Under the pieces are notes generated by a model. It searched no databases. It was given only the letters and a program-made list of their open reading frames with translations, and had not been told where the DNA came from. A stretch of DNA of 63,544 bases, counting the filler, from Nemertoderma westbladi (lineage: Eukaryota > Animalia > Xenacoelomorpha): assembly GCA_032718475.1 (NCBI GenBank). It is 3 parts of 3 records of this genome, joined end to end, with 100 filler letters (N's around TTAATTAATTAA, not from the genome) between each part and the next. Parts side by side here need not be neighbours in the genome. Positions count along the whole stretch, not along the records: positions 55,986 to 63,544 come from JAUCBJ010001283.1; 2 more parts are not named here. One strand, written 5' to 3'. The translations under genes were made by a program, and so were the position numbers. Of this stretch, positions 63,336 to 63,544 are shown in pieces (position 1 is the stretch's first letter; each line of letters starts with the position of its first letter).

Positions 63336-63544
63336 CAGGGAATGCCTGTTCACCGCCAACTGTTCCACTCTGTTTCCTAAAGGAAAACTTGTTCACCATG
63401 ATGGGTGATCTTCCACAGTATTTTCTTGATATGTATTCTTAAAATACTGTAATATAATAACAATTATTATTTTATTCTCAAACTCAACATCCAATGATGG
63501 CCCAGGTGAGATGTTCGGAGCCAATGAAAGGACATCATTGTTTC

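Overview
AT-rich, repeat-dense animal DNA, probably from an invertebrate. It is not prokaryotic: it has GT-AG splice signals, a C2H2 zinc-finger gene, LINEs and Bel/Pao elements. Two artificial N44-TTAATTAATTAA-N44 spacers (29916-30015, 55886-55985) divide it into three segments whose adjacency is unproven. Main contents: (1) A young non-autonomous Bel/Pao-derived LTR element on the minus strand (about 4121-12746). It keeps Gag-protease, has RT and most of RNase H deleted in frame, lacks integrase, and carries an extra 431-codon triple zinc-knuckle ORF split by one TGA. (2) A kinase-less Roco GTPase gene (ROC-COR-CARD-CARD, 13614-18131) cut in the switch-II motif by a 1255-bp Helentron/DINE-1-like insert, whose ~146-bp internal repeats each carry a CTCF-like motif. 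(3) A 30-bp array bracketed by in-phase splice sites. (4) An intact 11-finger C2H2 gene and its decayed duplicate. (5) Nested and dispersed RTE-clade LINEs with clear TSDs, a second Bel/Pao gag fragment, foldback/MITE elements and at least eight minisatellites. Most long entries in the ORF track are tandem-repeat artefacts. All family calls come from motif recognition by eye; no database search was run.
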